Source of the DNA: Selaginella moellendorffii
Lineage: Eukaryota; Plantae; Lycopodiophyta
Reading direction: 5' to 3'
Length of the DNA stretch: 64,000 nucleotides
Assembly (NCBI RefSeq): GCF_000143415.4
Contig: NW_003314263.1
Location: forward strand, 2,114,403 to 2,178,402
Of this stretch, positions 39,367-53,303 are shown piece by piece; the first letter of the stretch is position 1, and the number at the start of each line of letters is the position of its first letter. The notes beneath the pieces are model-generated. The model saw nothing but the letters and a program-made list of their open reading frames with translations. It was not told the origin of the DNA and searched no databases. Both the position numbers and the translations under genes were made by a program.

Positions 39367-39728
39367 GTAATTTTTTTTCTAGATTTGTCCTAATCAATGC
39401 CATCCAAGTATTAGCCCTCTGCATGCCATCCATGTGTTTGTTTCCTCACGAAAACACCATGTACCATCGTTTTTAGTTCATGCTAGCAAAAAAACGGTAG
39501 ACTCACCACCAATGAAGTCACGAAGGAATTTGGCACTAGCGTCACAGTTGCAAATATCCTCCTCACGTTTGCTTAGAATAAGCATCAAGACCTCTTGTGG
39601 CAACTTCTCCACCTCAAACCTATTCGTTAAAGGCTTCTCAATTTATTTGGAAGTTTTTACCAAGTTTCAGAGGTAGCAACTTCTCCATTTAGCAAAGAAA
39701 AAAACTAAGCCTTATCATGGTGTCTACT

Positions 39729-42700
39729 TTAGACCATCAAACTCCACCTGTAAAGCTCGATCGAATCCTTGAAGCTGGAGGAGAGAACTTCTCTGATAAG
39801 TCCTGCCGAGTCCCTGTCTTTGGCCATGACAATCGCGAATCCACCCCCACCAGCGCCTACGAGCTTGTAGCCGCAGCTCAGATGGCTGATCTTCTTGAAA
39901 ATCGAATCGACAAGAACGTTGCTGCAAAAGGGATCGAGTTCCTGGTGGATTTGCCATGCCTCTTGCATTATCTTCCCCACGGAGTCGAGATCCTGCTGGA
40001 GAAAACCATCCCGTCCCAGTTTTGCCAGCTTCACGAGGCGTTGGATCGACGACAGCAGTAGCGAGTCTCGCTGTAAGTAACGCTTGACAACTTTCTGGAG
40101 AACCTTGTGTGCCAGTCTCACCTGGAAAAAGGAAGAAAAGAAACGAAAGCTTGATGTTTGCTTGTAACCAAAACTGAAGAACACTTACCTGTCCAGTGAA
40201 GACAAGGAGCATTCGATGCTCAAGTTCTTCCCGGAAATCCGGAGGCAAAGGTACTGTCTCGATCGAGAATGTGAGTGGTTTCGATGGCAGGCTCGTCGTG
40301 AGCTTTAGACCAGGATAGATCCCTCCAACTTGGTCCTGCCAGCCTCCCCCAGTTCCCATAAGTTGCTCCAGCACCAACACCAGCGCTGCGACGCTGTCTT
40401 TGCTCGAGTTACCGCCACTCACTTCGAGTAAGCCTCTGATCACCGCAGCTGCTAGAATGCTCGAGGTACCTAGGCCACTGCCCCGGGGAACAGACGCTCG
40501 AGTGTTGATCTCCAGACCCCAAGGAGAACTTGTCACGATGTTTTCCGGACTTGTCCAGCCTGTTACCACCAGCGCGGCCTTGACGAGGCGAAAGGGATCG
40601 TTCTCATCGAAAGGAGCTCTTAAACTCGTTGGCTCTTCTATCCAGCAGTTGTTACCAGTGTCATCTCGGAGGCACACGCCAGGAATCTTCTTGAGCAGCA
40701 CTTCTGCTCCAACAGGCGCTGCTCCGTTCAAGTAGACTGCCATGTTTAGCACGCAGCCTTTGCGTTCTATGCTCCAGGGAGGAGTGTCACTCCATCCACC
40801 AACGATGTCCAGCCGAACGGGAAGGTTTACAATCGAAGATCTAGATGGTTGAAGACGAAGTAGTTTACTTCCCACACCATCTGTAAAGGACATGTTGAAA
40901 CAAAAGACCACAGAACGTCAAGGTTATTACCTTGGCAAACTGCTGCTGAAGTCTCTGCTGCGACTGCTTCAAAAGCTTGAGCTTCGTGAACGCGTGCTGC
41001 ATTTTTGTCTCCAATGCCTCTGCTCAAGTCAGATCGCACTTGAGATCTTCTGCTTGCCGGTACTGAAGCTTCCGCAGGAACCCGAGAAAGAAGCCTTTGA
41101 AAAGTTTCGGCTCCCACGGTGGTACCAAACTGCATTTCTCTCGCAAGTAAGCTGAAGTTCCTGTCCATCAAGCCATCTTCAAGGCTTCCTGTCGCAAACT
41201 CTGCAGCAAGTTCCGCGTGGAGGTCGCTCATGCCCAAGTGCATTGCCTCAAAATCAGTGAACTCTTGCAGCTCTGCAAAACTGAGACGTTTTGCAGCTAA
41301 CCAGGCCTTAGAAATACTTGTATCCCTGCAGCTTCCCATCAGCCACATTGCAAACGTAAAGTTTTCGGTCCGTTCTCCTGCCGACTGAACCGAAAATAAC
41401 TTTGCGTGCCACAAGTCCTGCTGTGTACTGGCATCTGTCCATACATCATTCTTCTCGATCTGCAATCGTCCAAGCACTTGGTCCCATGTTCTCCCACAAA
41501 ATGTTCCACCCTGAGTAGCCGAAAGTTTTGGATTGTCCCCAAGGCCGCAGCAAAGCATGACACGGCCAAGACTATCCTTCAGTGGCACATCCCAGAGGCA
41601 GTGTCCGTCCGGCAAGCTTAGCTCCAAAAAATCTTCGGTGTGATGCACACCCGAGACCACGCAGCTGGAACCAACTTTTACTTTGCTCGATAAACTGCTG
41701 TTGAACACCAGACTGCTGTCACCCACGGCCGCACCACCATCAACCCGGGAGGCCAGAATAACCGAGGAAGAAGCAAGACGAGTGGCAGAGTCCTCGTTGG
41801 TGGACACAAGAGTGAATTGCCTGCGGTGGATCGGGCCGGAGTCATCACTTGCCAGATGCTGCAGGATTTCAGAGGACGTTCCGAAATGGAGGAACTGGAG
41901 GTCGTCTGCATCATCAGCACGCACAGTAAATCCATGCTGGTGGTCTCAAAACAGGAAGGCTCGTCACCCACACGCGCAGTAATGATACAAGCGTTGTGCT
42001 CCCAGCTCCTGGACCAGAAGCTTTCCCAGTGGACGGTTTCGTAACCAGCTATGACGCGCAGGCACCCACGCTCCAGCAATCTCTTCATACAAACTCATCT
42101 ACAAGACAAAGTCCATCGGCACAAAAAAACCAAAAAGGGAACAATCGAGAGTTACCTCTTGTGCGTTATCTAGCAGCATTCGTAATGGATCCAACTCCGC
42201 TAGTGACATCCGAATTAAATCGTCCCAAGCGTCACCGACGACGACAAAGATGCCAGTGTCGAGGAGCGCGGTGGAGTCCGAAGAAACAGCGCCTCTAGCG
42301 TACATCTCGTCTCTACTCGGTTTTTGGAGAAGATCTTCCACCGCAAAACAAGCGCTAGTCCCATCATCTGTTTTCTGTGAAAGGATGACCCCGTGATTCG
42401 CAGCCACTGCAAGCGAGGTAGGCACGGTCACGACAAGAGCACCATCGCGCGGGGTTGTCATTTTGGAAGCATCGAAACAAGGAAGAACATCACCAGTCAT
42501 GATAAGCAATCCACCTACACGAAGAACAAACGATGGAACTTAGAAACACCACGAAAAGAGCAAAGTTACCTCGATCTGGCAACTGCGCAGCAGCGAGCGA
42601 CGAGACGGCCAGGATGTGATCGAAGAGCAGTGGCACTGGCTCATCAGCACAGGCATCTTGAGCGAGAATTGGCAATGGCAGGAAAGCTTTCCCGATCGCA

Positions 42701-43117
42701 TTCGCCCACGGCACACGCTTCGAATCACCGCCGGCATGAACCAACAACACACGCTTCCCAGAAAAACCATCGCCCTGGAGGTAGAAGAACCAAACAAGAT
42801 GCCAAAATTTCCTCCTACCAATAATTTCCAATCCAAACCTTCGATCGCAGTGCTGCATCGAGCTCCCTGATCGCGCCGAGCGTGGCGCCGCCGGATCCAA
42901 TGCGCCGCCCCAGCGGATCCGGCACGGCGAGAACGAGCGTGTGCTTGGCAATCCTTCCCCGATCCACTGCGCGCTGCAAATGCAGCTGGTAGAGGCGCGC
43001 TTGATCGGGACCAGCGGCCGTGATGAGAATCGCGTCCCAGGTCGGCTGCCGCGCCGGGCATCGCACTCCCAGCCGCATTGTCCGCCATGCTGCCTCGAGA
43101 AGCTCTTCCGTATCCAT
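39729..43117 (-). CDS. FKGP: Bifunctional L-fucokinase / GDP-L-fucose pyrophosphorylase
   Basis: PDPLGRRIGSGGATL, LLVHAGGDSKRVPWAN, FLHFGTSSE, LPVRLDIVGGWSDTPP, PRGSGLGTSS (GHMP), GGGWQDQ, KLVGAGGGGF. Confidence 0.95.
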
Positions 43118-43439
43118 TCCCGGTTCTAGGGCTCTAGCAAGAAAGTACGGCTCGAATATCCGCACCTGTTCATACAGAATATTCGACAAATATTGCGCGC
43201 TACGTCATTTTGCCTCACGGGGAAAAAAATATCTCAGCAGATTACACGCGGCCATGGCGGATTAGGGTTCTTGGAGCAGTGCGTGGACCGTCGAGACAAG
43301 ATGGGAGAGGAGCTTCGATTTCACGGCTGCATTGTCTGATTCGAGGTGAGAGGCGCCGAAATTAGATTGGAGTGGATATTTCGAGGCCGAAGCAGCCGGA
43401 GATTTCTTCGCATTCTTCGATCCGGCAGAGATTGCTACA

Positions 43440-44519
43440 ATGGCGAAGAGGCCGAATTGCGATGTGTGTGAGATGCAACGCGCCAGCTTGTATTGCGAGG
43501 CGGACGAGGCCTATCTCTGCCATGAATGCGATGCCTCGGTTCACGGGGCCAACACGCTGGCTTCGCGGCACAAGAGGATCAGCTTCAAACAGGAACAGGA
43601 AGAAGAAGAGGAAGAAGAGAACTTGGAAGAGAACGATGGCGTCTGCCCGGCTCACAATTTCGCGGACTCGAGCTTCTCGCTGAGTAGACCCTCGACAGTA
43701 GACTTCCCCCTGGGCGGCGTGAGAATTGGCGATGTCACTTACGCAAGAGTTTCGTCTCACACCGGCAGTGGTGGCGCTTCCTTGATTGCTCCAAGAAGAA
43801 AGGAGGACGAGGAGCTACACCAAGTTCCCAGATTCGTTCCCGTGGCCCAGGAGCTCCCCAGCTTGGAACCATTCCGGTTCCACGCTCTTGCAAGCAATGG
43901 AAGAGCTTCTCCGGTTCGAAGTACGCGATTCATGAGTCTTCTGGAGGGCGAAGCCACTGATGCTGATGAGAACCACGGAGCTCCCGACGAGGATGGAGCA
44001 CAAGTAACTTCTCACACTTTCTTCTTCTCTCTCTCACTCAAAGTTCGATTTTTCCAGGAGAATCAAGAGCTTGGTGTTGTCCCGGACTTGGTTTCTCCAC
44101 GAACTGTGGAGCCAGCGGCAGCTAAACCGGTGGCAGCACTCCCGAAAGGGGGGCCGAGGCTNNNNNNNNNNNNNNNNNNNNNNNNNNNNNNNNNNNNNNN
44201 NNNNNNNNNNNNNNNNNNNNNNNNNNNNNNNNNNNNNNNNNNNNNNNNNNNNNNNNNNNNNTAAACCGGTACCGCGAGAAACGACGCACTCGTATGTTCT
44301 CCAAGAAAATCCGGTACGAGGTGCGAAAGATCTACGCCGAGAATCGGCCACGGTTGAAAGTACGTACTTTGGTTTTGTGAGAGCGATGGGCTCGCTCGAT
44401 CTTCTTTTGCCGCTGATGATGGATTGGATCTTTCTCTGTGCCAGGGCCGGTTTGTAAGACGAACTAATGAGATAGAGTCTCTCCAGTGCTTGTGGTCCGA
44501 GGATCAAGTGAGGAACTAG
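43440..44519 (+). CDS. CONSTANS-like protein (single B-box + CCT); spans an assembly gap
   Basis: [40 protein letters not shown], and [31 protein letters not shown]|GRFV. Confidence 0.9.
44162..44261. other. Assembly gap (100 N)
   Basis: N run. Confidence 1.
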
Positions 44520-44612
44520 AGAAAAAATCTCCACTTTTTTCTGTCAAGCAAGAGAACGTTTCTACTATATAAGAGAGATTATATCTTAGTGAAGAACCCT
44601 AAAATATTTGCG

Positions 44613-46236
44613 ATGGCGTCGCTCTGGCGGAAGCACCAGCAGCGCCTTCGTCAAGCGGCGTCTCTCCACAGGTACTCGACGAAGAATCCCTCCTTTTCTT
44701 GCGCTGCATTCGCAATTGTGGTGCTTGCAGCCGCTGCATCGCTGTGGCTCTACCTCCACACGACCGCGGGAGCTCGGATTTCGCAGTTCCAGGCTCGAGA
44801 TGCCGGGGATCCGACGCATTCCAATGTGGATCTTGGCGTGGAATCGGGGAATGCGGTGGCAAGAAGGGGCGATCAGGGCTGTGATTACTCGCGTGGAAGA
44901 TGGGTGTATGATCCACAGCGCCAGGCTCTCTATAACGAGAGCTGCGTGGATATTTTCAAGGGATGGAACTGTGTGCGCAACCAGAGGAGCAATGCTGGTT
45001 CTGTTCTTCGGTGGCGGTGGCAGCCCGATCGATGTGATCTAGCTCGGCTCGATCCAGCAAAGCTTCTCGAAAATCTACAAGGAAAGAATATCGGTGAGCA
45101 TTGTCTCAATGTGTTCCTTGGGTTCTTAAAAAAAAAAATTTCTCTCTATTCACAGGGTTTGTTGGAGACTCTCTCAATCGCAACATGTACGCTTCGCTTG
45201 TCTGCACACTCAAGCAAGCCGCAAGCAAGGACTTAAAAAAGTGGAGGCCAATTGGATCTGACAAAGGCATCACATTCCTTGGTTACAACGTTACTGTTGC
45301 CTATCATCGGACCAACTTGTTGGCACGCTATGGAGAGTGAGTATCATCTCCGATCTTAGTCGTTCATAGAGGACTCCTGCTTGAGTGTGTTTTTTTTTAT
45401 GGATCCAGATGGAAAGCTTCGGCTGATGGAGGCCCGCTCGAAGAGCATGGTTACAAACAAGGATATCGAGTTGATGTGGATATTCCACAGAGCACCTGGT
45501 CTGAGGCTCCACAGTTTTACGATATCCTCGTTATAAGCACAGGTCACTGGTAACCAATCACCTTCTTCGTTTGCACCGTTGCTACGAATCGTTTCTGTAG
45601 GTGGTTTGCTCCTGAAAAGTTCAATCCAGTGACGTCGCCGATGTTATTCTTTGAGAACGGAAAGCCCATCGTCCCACCGAAGTCTCCCCGTGAAGGATTG
45701 GATCTCACACTAAAGTACATGGTATATAAATCTCCCTATCATCGTCCTATCTTTAACTTTTTTTTGTTTTTTCTCAGCTGAGCTTTGCGGAACAAAACAT
45801 GAAACCCGGAGGAATAAAGTTCTTGCGCACGCAATCCCCTCGTCATTTTGACGGGGGTGACTGGTACCAAGGGGGAAAATGTCACCGTTCCGGCCCCTTA
45901 AAGCTTGCAGAGGTGGGCTGCGACATTGTTTTCGTTTCAAACCCATTCGTCCCAAACTTCCAGGTCGAAGAAATGTTCTCTCCAGCGAATAAAGGGGTCA
46001 ACAAAGAAGTGCGGCTCGTGAACGAGCACCTGTTCCGAGCGGCTTCTGCGAGCTCCACTTTCAGGCTGCTCAACATCACGCACTTGAGCGAGTTCAGGGC
46101 CGATGGACACCCGTCAACGTCCGCTAAGAAGCAGCACGAAGATTGTATGCACTGGTGCCTACCCGGAGTGACAGATACATGGAACGAAATACTTGGAGCA
46201 CTCATCTTGGAAGAATCCGTCACAGGAGTCCTTTAG
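44613..46236 (+). CDS. Trichome birefringence-like (TBL) polysaccharide O-acetyltransferase
   Basis: N-terminal TM segment, CDYSRGRWV, WRWQPDRC, FVGDSLNRN, DCMHWCLPGVTDTWNEIL. Confidence 0.93.
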
Positions 46237-46934
46237 TCTGGTAAGTGGCCGTGAAATTTTTAGTTCTTCTTTTTTCCTTCCGAGTGGCAATATATCTGCG
46301 CACTAACGACGAAATATGATGAACTTCTTCGTGGATTCTAGGCCATCGCAGGGACCACACGGTGAAACAACTGTAAAGCCGCGAAGACAGGTTGTATTTT
46401 TTTCCAATCGCTGGGACCACTTTGGTTGCGCTTGGACAAGGTGGAACAAAGCAGGGAATGACGACTTCGTGCACGGGATGGCAATCAAAGGTCGGCCGGG
46501 TATGGACATGGACGACGGAAGAATTAGAGTGCCGCACTTGGAGAGCTCTCGAGCGACGAACGATGGAAACAAGGGTGGTAGGGACATACAGGCGGGGAAT
46601 GATGATGAACAGAGCCGCGGCTGGCGAGATGCTCGAGATGGATTGCTTTTGTTGCGTAGCTCTTCGCCATCGTCGATATCTGCTCGTCCCTCCAGTGCCT
46701 CTTGCTGCAGCAGCGCAGCTTGTCGACGATCACATCAGGGACAAGTACTGGCAAAACCAGGAAAAAGGAGGAGCTCGATCGCACTACCGGGACAGGGATT
46801 CTTCACAGGCAGGCAGAGAAAATGGTTACAGGCTGGGACTACTGGTGACTTGTAGGTGAGAGTTTAGCGACAGGGACGATCTCTCTTCATATCTTCTGGC
46901 GAAGTAGAAAAATGCTTCTTGCCAGTCACAGAAG

Positions 46935-47738
46935 ATGGCCATGACCAGCGAAGCGGAGGATCAAAGTATCCGGAGATCACGGAAGTTACTCCAGGAGATT
47001 GAGTCAAGGCCGCCGCCACCTCCGCCGCTCGCGCAATCGAAAAGAACAGGCAATCTTCTGGACACGCAGATTGTCATAGTACTCGGCGCGGTACTCTGTG
47101 TGCTCATATGCGCGGTGTGGCTCCATTCCGTGGTACGGTGCATGGTACGGCGAAACCGGCGGCAGCCGGTGGCGACCGTCATCGGCGGCGGCGATGACGA
47201 GAGCGCCGCCGGGCTGGACGCGAAGACCATCTCCGCGTTGCCCGTCGTGCCGGCCTCGGTGGACGGGCACGACCGGCAGGCACCCGTGGGGCCGGTCGCT
47301 CTTAGCAGCAATTCCGAGTGTATTGTTTGCTTGCAAGAGTTTGGGCATGGCGAGAGGATGAAGCTCCTCCCAAATTGCGGCCATGGATTTCACGTCGATT
47401 GCATTGGCGCGTGGTTGATGTCCCACTCGTCGTGCCCGATCTGCCGCCACAGGGTCTTGGAGCCGCCGTCGCCGTCGCGATCGTCGCGATCGTCGCCATC
47501 GCCCGGCGATTCGAGCTCGTCCGTCCTTCTCTCGTCGCCACTTATGCGCCAGTTCCAACACCAGCTCAATTCGCAGCAGCGATCCTTCCGGCGCCAGCAG
47601 CAGCAGCAGCAGCCCAATCCGGATCTCGTCCTCCAGCACAATCGATTCGCCCATCAGCTCCGCCAATTCCACCTCCAGCAAGAACCATCGTCTTCCGCGC
47701 TGTACGAAACGACCAACGGCCGGAGCCTTGCCACGTAG
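46935..47738 (+). CDS. ATL-family RING-H2 E3 ubiquitin ligase (intronless)
   Basis: TM helix, GLD motif, CIVCLQEF...LPNCGHGFHVDCIGAWLMSHSSCPICR. Confidence 0.93.
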   Translation: MAMTSEAEDQSIRRSRKLLQEIESRPPPPPPLAQSKRTGNLLDTQIVIVLGAVLCVLICAVWLHSVVRCMVRRNRRQPVATVIGGGDDESAAGLDAKTISALPVVPASVDGHDRQAPVGPVALSSNSECIVCLQEFGHGERMKLLPNCGHGFHVDCIGAWLMSHSSCPICRHRVLEPPSPSRSSRSSPSPGDSSSSVLLSSPLMRQFQHQLNSQQRSFRRQQQQQQPNPDLVLQHNRFAHQLRQFHLQQEPSSSALYETTNGRSLAT

Positions 47739-49291
47739 CGGCCACATCGGACGGTTGTCGTTCAAGGCCATCGGACGGTTTTCGTTTGAGGCCGTCCGCG
47801 TTGACGGTCAATTAGGATTAGATGCGAATGCGAAGAAACAATGGCTTGTTTTGTTTGAGGAGGAGAGCAAATGCCGTGCCGCGCTCGTTTTGGAGTTCTT
47901 TTCTACCTATCTTAGGGCTAGAAAAATGTAGTCATTCACCCCTGGGCCAATAAAAGATCTGGAAACACGTGTCGTGCAGGAAAGCTCGCGGAAGGGGCAG
48001 TGCAGCCTGTGGGGTGGGGCCCGCGTAGCGGGCAGCGGGCAGCCGGGCAGCCGGGCAGGGGCAGCAAAGGCTGCCCGTGCCCGCTGGCGACAAAGGCGGG
48101 AAAGATGCGGTCTGCCTTTAGTTACGTGACTGACCATACTCCCTTCTTTGCCAAATCGCCGTTAGCTATGGCGGCCAGAGCTCCAAAGGAAAGAAAAAAA
48201 GAAGCCCTATCTCACTCACCCCTGTCTTTCGTATCGCGCAAGGGTTCGCGATGAAAGCGCTCCGGGTAAGGTCTCTTTCTCCTTGTTCTCCTAGATCCAA
48301 AACAAGCAAGGGGGTCTTGAGAAATCCTCGAGCTTTCCACCATGGAAAGGACAAGAAGAACAGGGAAATTGGGGTCTCTCCTCTCGGCCGGATCGCACAC
48401 AGATTTTGGGGTCTTCTCCTCGATCATCCGGATTGATCCAGTCGCCGTAAAAAAATAACCAGAGTAAAAAATTGGGGCAGGACTTTTACAGGGATTCGAA
48501 CCCTGGCATCATCCCAGGCGGGAAGGCCAGACCTTGAATGATATACATGGCCATGACTGAGCGGGCGTTCATGGACCCCATGTGCACGCAGCCCTCCTGT
48601 CCACGCGTCACGATGCCAGTGGCTGCCATAAAGTCCAAGTCCTCGCGGGGCCCGGGACGCGGCCCAGTGACTGCCTGCCACGTGTCGCAGGCGGCCGGAA
48701 TATCTACCGAGAAAAGCTGCGTCTTATCTCCTGCCACGCGGCGTGCGCTGGTTGGGCGAGGCGTTGCCCTAGCGGAACCGCGCAGTTTTAATCCGGGAGC
48801 CGCCCGGTTGGAAATTTTTTCGTTTTCACCGGCGGTAAAGATGGGGTTTTCATCTTCTTCCCCTTTAGTATGGGTGTCGTTTAGTTTGGTTGGGTTGCCT
48901 TTGTTTGCCCTAGCTATGGCGTCTGCGGCGGTAAAGTGTGTGGCGCCCTGAGAGAGAGGAAATTTCTCGCAGGAAGAGCGAGAGGCGCTCGGATGTGGGG
49001 ATCTAGGGCCGTCGCAGCAGTCGATTTCCCGGGGGCTCCGCGAGTAGGGTTTGGTTCTGTGAAAAGATGCGGTGTTCTTCATGCAGGCAGTGGCAGCGGC
49101 GGTAGCAGCGGCATCGCAAAGAGCCATGGCGCGCCCCTGCGCGAGCTCGCGCGGAGGCCGGAATCGCTGAAATCGTCCGAGGGATGGACGAGCAAGACGA
49201 GGAGGGGGCTAAGCTAAAGGCAGTGTAGCGCTTCTATCTTCTTCTTCCCACTTCTTCTCCTTTTTTCTTAGGGTTTCCTCGTTCTTCCATA

Positions 49292-49322
49292 GCTCTCTCT
49301 CTCTCTCTATCTTTCCTCTCTC
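49292..49322. repeat. CT-rich microsatellite in probable 5' leader/intron
   Basis: (CT)n run. Confidence 0.7.
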
Positions 49323-49388
49323 TTTTTTGCTCTCTATGATCTCTTGGGGCGCTCGTTCTTGGCCAATGTTACAAGGCGCTGCTGCTCA

Positions 49389-52300
49389 ATGCCGACGGAT
49401 TACGCTCCTCGTAGCAAGCCGATGCATACTAGAGAAGTGAGGTACGAAAGAAATGATAGGTTCCTGGGCAAGAGAGACTGGCAGCGCGTCGCGGTGTTCG
49501 AGAGGTCCCCAGCTCTGAGCTCCTCGAATGGCGGATCTTATGATCCTCCCAGCAAGCGGCGTCCATCTGGTACTTTTAGCTTTCTCTCCTCTATTTTTGC
49601 CTTAGCGCCGAAACTGATCACCGTGGTTGTTTCCAGGGCGGCATGGATTCTCTGGCGAGAACGGGAGATTCCGGGAGCACAGCAGCAGCCGCGCGTCAGA
49701 GAACCAGCCCATGTTTTCCTCGGCGCCGAGTGGTTTCACGGGCTTCGGTCACAAGCCGGAGCGCTATGTTCTTCCCGGTGGGGGGATGACCCACTGCCCC
49801 GGCTCGAGCAGCTCGGGAAGGAACGGTCTCAGAGATGGCGGAGGCGAGGACGATTTCTTCCGGGAGAGGGACTGCGAGCGCCTGGTTTCTTCGTCGCCCA
49901 GCCCCGCGCAGCCGCTCCATCCTTACAATTCGGTGGTCTACGACGCGCACCCCGGCGACGGCCACAGGGGCTCTCGCTATGGCTGGGATGTTCACAGCAG
50001 GGGCGAGCGAGAGCATCACGCGACGACGCGGGAGAGGTTCTCCAGCAGCCCGGATGTGTTGGACAGAAGAAATGGTGGCGGCAGCGGCGGCGTCTCGAGA
50101 TTTGGGTGGAGCGATGCTCCAGAGCGGGAGCTCGAGGGGCGGCTGGACAGATATGGTGCTTCCCGGGACCCGGATGGGCGGATTCGAGAGCTCCCGGCGG
50201 AAGAGGTCTTGGATCCGTTCGTTTCGCCGAGGTTCCAGCAGTCGCAGCACCAGCGGGGGGGCTTCTCGGTGCCGGCCTCGCTGCTACAAGAGGAGAGGGT
50301 ACCTTTGCCACCATCGTCTCCTCCGAAGAAAACTCGCCTCAAGTGGGGGGAAGGTCTTGCGAGATACGAGCAGAAGAACACAAGCAGAGCCAGGTCCCAC
50401 GAGGAGGAGCCAGCCCCTGCGACGAGTAACGGATGCGCTGAGCAGGAACAAGCACGGGGTTTCGAGAGCAAGGGAGACGCGAATGGAAGTAAGTGATANN
50501 NNNNNNNNNNNNNNNNNNNNNNNNNNNNNNNNNNNNNNNNNNNNNNNNNNNNNNNNNNNNNNNNNNNNNNNNNNNNNNNNNNNNNNNNNNNNNNNNNNTT
50601 GCCTTCTTCGGACAGAGATCTCACGCCGTCGAGAGAGCATACTCCCACTCCTGCGCCCAGCGGCGTCAGTGACAAGGTGGTGTGCGGTACTGACCATCCC
50701 ATCATTCTAACTTGTGAGACCATGGCGACGGCAGCACCGAGGTCTCCTTCCATACCCCTGACTACACCGAGATCTCCTTCTATACCTTTTGCGAGAGGTA
50801 ATGAAGAGTGTGCTCTGTCACCGCAACCGAGAGAGGCAGAAGAGACTCACGATCCGCCCGCACAGACCCTCCAGCAGCAGGAGGAAGAGCCTCGGCTGTC
50901 CAAAGAAGCGGTGCTACTTCAGGTGGAACGGGTTGAGCTTGAGATAGAGTCCATCGAGAAGGAGCTGGCAAGTCTTGCGGTCCAGACGGATGCGCCACAG
51001 CCTGTTCAACCTGATCTAGAAGAGCAACCATGTTCGACAAAAGAGACGGAGACTGCTGTGGAAATACCGGAGGAGGGGAATCCCGACACGGATGTCGTTA
51101 TGGTGGATGCTGCTCAGCAGCCGGAGGATCAGCCGGAGTCTCAATCGGGTAATTTACCAGGTGAACTTCCTGAAGTTATTACTGACCGATGTTTAGAAGA
51201 TTTTGGGCACATACTTCCTCAAGGATTTGTGCGTGGGAGGAAGGTTTACAGCAGTCCACAGGAAACAGAAGTTTGGATACGTAACGAAGAGTTACACAGG
51301 CTGAATAAAGATCGGATACTGGAGAAGATGCTTAACAAGAAAAATCTTCAGAGATTTAAGGAGCGGTCGCTTGTTCTCAAGTACAGATTGTTGAGGGACA
51401 GATATGGGACACGGAAGGGTGATGCTGCTACTGATGGCAGGAATGGTTTTACTCAGCGGCTGCCTCAAAAACTGCGACTTCCAGATGGTAAGATGATTTG
51501 TTTTTCCCTCTTTCATTATGCTCAAACGCTTTCCTTCTGCAGATCAACAGTGGTTGCGGGTGGTTTCGGAGCCCGTGCGTCAGTATAGAGAAACAGAACG
51601 CATGCCATCGATGATTTTGTGCCAAGGGGAGAGGAGTGCGCAGTATATCGTGCAGTCAAACCGGCGGGTGGAAGATCCCATTGAGTTCGAGCAGGAGAGG
51701 AAAAGCATCAACCCCTGGACACCCGAGGAGAAGAAGCTCTTCTTGGATAAGTTTGCTTTGTTCTACAAGAACTTTGCCAAGATCGCGTCGTTCCTGCAGC
51801 ACAAGACGACGGGTGACTGTGTGGAGTTCTACTACCGGAACCAGAAGACGGAGGAGTTTCAGAAGCTACGTAAGAAGCAGCAGCTGAAGAAGCGTCACTC
51901 TCGGGCAAGCTATTTGGCGACGACAACCCCGGCGGCAAGTGGCAGGCTCCGGGATTACAACGCAGCGTCCGCGGTGGCCAAAGTTACGCCAGGGAAGGAG
52001 ACGAGCTCGGGTAACGTCTCGAGCATTGTGACGGGAGTTTGCAGCCTGAGCAGTGATGCGCCGCTGACACCACTGAGGGGTCCGTGTGAGAGGGCGCTGC
52101 TGCGGGAGGAGCACTCCATCAAGCAGAAGGGGGTGCGTAGCTCTCGGAGTAGACGGGAACAGGTTGAGGAGGCGGAGTCGGAATGGACAGATACGGAGAG
52201 GGAGCTGTTTCTGGATGCGGTGTTACTCTTCGGGAAGGATTTCAAGAGCATAGCGGTGCACGTTCGCTCAAAGAACGAAGGTCAGTGCAAGACATTTTAC

Positions 52301-53303
52301 AGCAAAGCTCGGAAACGCCTAAAGCTTGACCGGATTGTTGAACAGCATCAGCTGGCTCAAGAGATGAGTGCAACAACGACACAGCAGCTGGCCTCGGTAA
52401 CTTCCCCAGATGGAGGCAGCTTCCCCTCGAATGCCTCGAACACGGTGCAAGCTAGAAGCTCCACCCCCGCCGCCATCACCCCCGCCGCCACCGCCTCCGC
52501 CTCCATCAACTCGGAGATCACGACCGAGCCGACTGCTACTATTGCCACCCCCGGCGTCCAAGCGGGCGAGACGATGTCCAAGACACCGCTGAGCCGGAGC
52601 AGCGACGTGAAGCTCTTTGGACAGTCGCTCCTCTCCCATCCACCAACAATGTCACTAACAGCAACAACAGCAGCAAAGCCGGAGCCTTGTGACTCGACTT
52701 CTAGGGGCGTTCCGTTTTTGCTCGGCGAGAGCTGGTGCTCGGGCTCAGCTGGTAAGTTGCCACTGCTATTTCATTCCTTGGGGCCGATCGACTAAGAGTG
52801 TGAAAGTTACCACAGAAGCCCAGGATAGAGAGTTTGCCGCGAGATGTAGGAGTCTGGCCGCCGTGAGCAGCGGCGGCGGGATCTACAGGCTGGATCAAAA
52901 CGGGGGCTTCTCAGGTGCCTTGCCTGAGGCGGCCTCGAAGCTGCCGGATGGTGTGGTGGACTGGCAGCAGCTTGCGGCGACGAGAGAGCCCCTGGATCTT
53001 TGGAAGGGGGAGGTGATGAAACCATCTTTCGTGGCTGGTTTCTGCCAGTCCTCTCAGCAGCAGCAAAGCCAGCAGCAGCAGCACCAACACCCGAAAGATC
53101 AGCAGCAAGAACAACAGCAGCAGCCGCAGCAGCAGTTCTTGATGCAGTTTCCAGCGAATTGGTCTAGCAGCAGCGGCAGTGACCCTCTTCACGCCCGGAT
53201 TTTGGCCCAGTTTTCGGATCAACAGCAGCTCCACCAGCAGCTCCAGCAGCACCAGCGGCAGTGCCTGTGCAACCGGTGCCACTGTTGCTACTGCTGCTGC
53301 TAG
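49389..53303 (+). CDS. PWR: POWERDRESS-like NCoR1/SMRT-type double SANT protein; spans an assembly gap, ends approximate
   Basis: KKTRLKWGEGLARYE, SKEAVLLQVERVELEIESIEKEL, SANT1 INPWTPEEKKLF..KNFAKIASFLQHKTTGDCVEFYY, SANT2 WTDTERELF..GKDF..QCKTFYSKARKRL, VKLFG motif. Confidence 0.85.
50499..50598. other. Assembly gap (100 N)
   Basis: N run. Confidence 1.

Noticed and set aside
48486-49127. 213-aa minus ORF and overlapping ORFs upstream of the PWR-like gene
   Set aside because: GC-rich promoter/leader sequence with G-box-like motifs; no recognisable domain.
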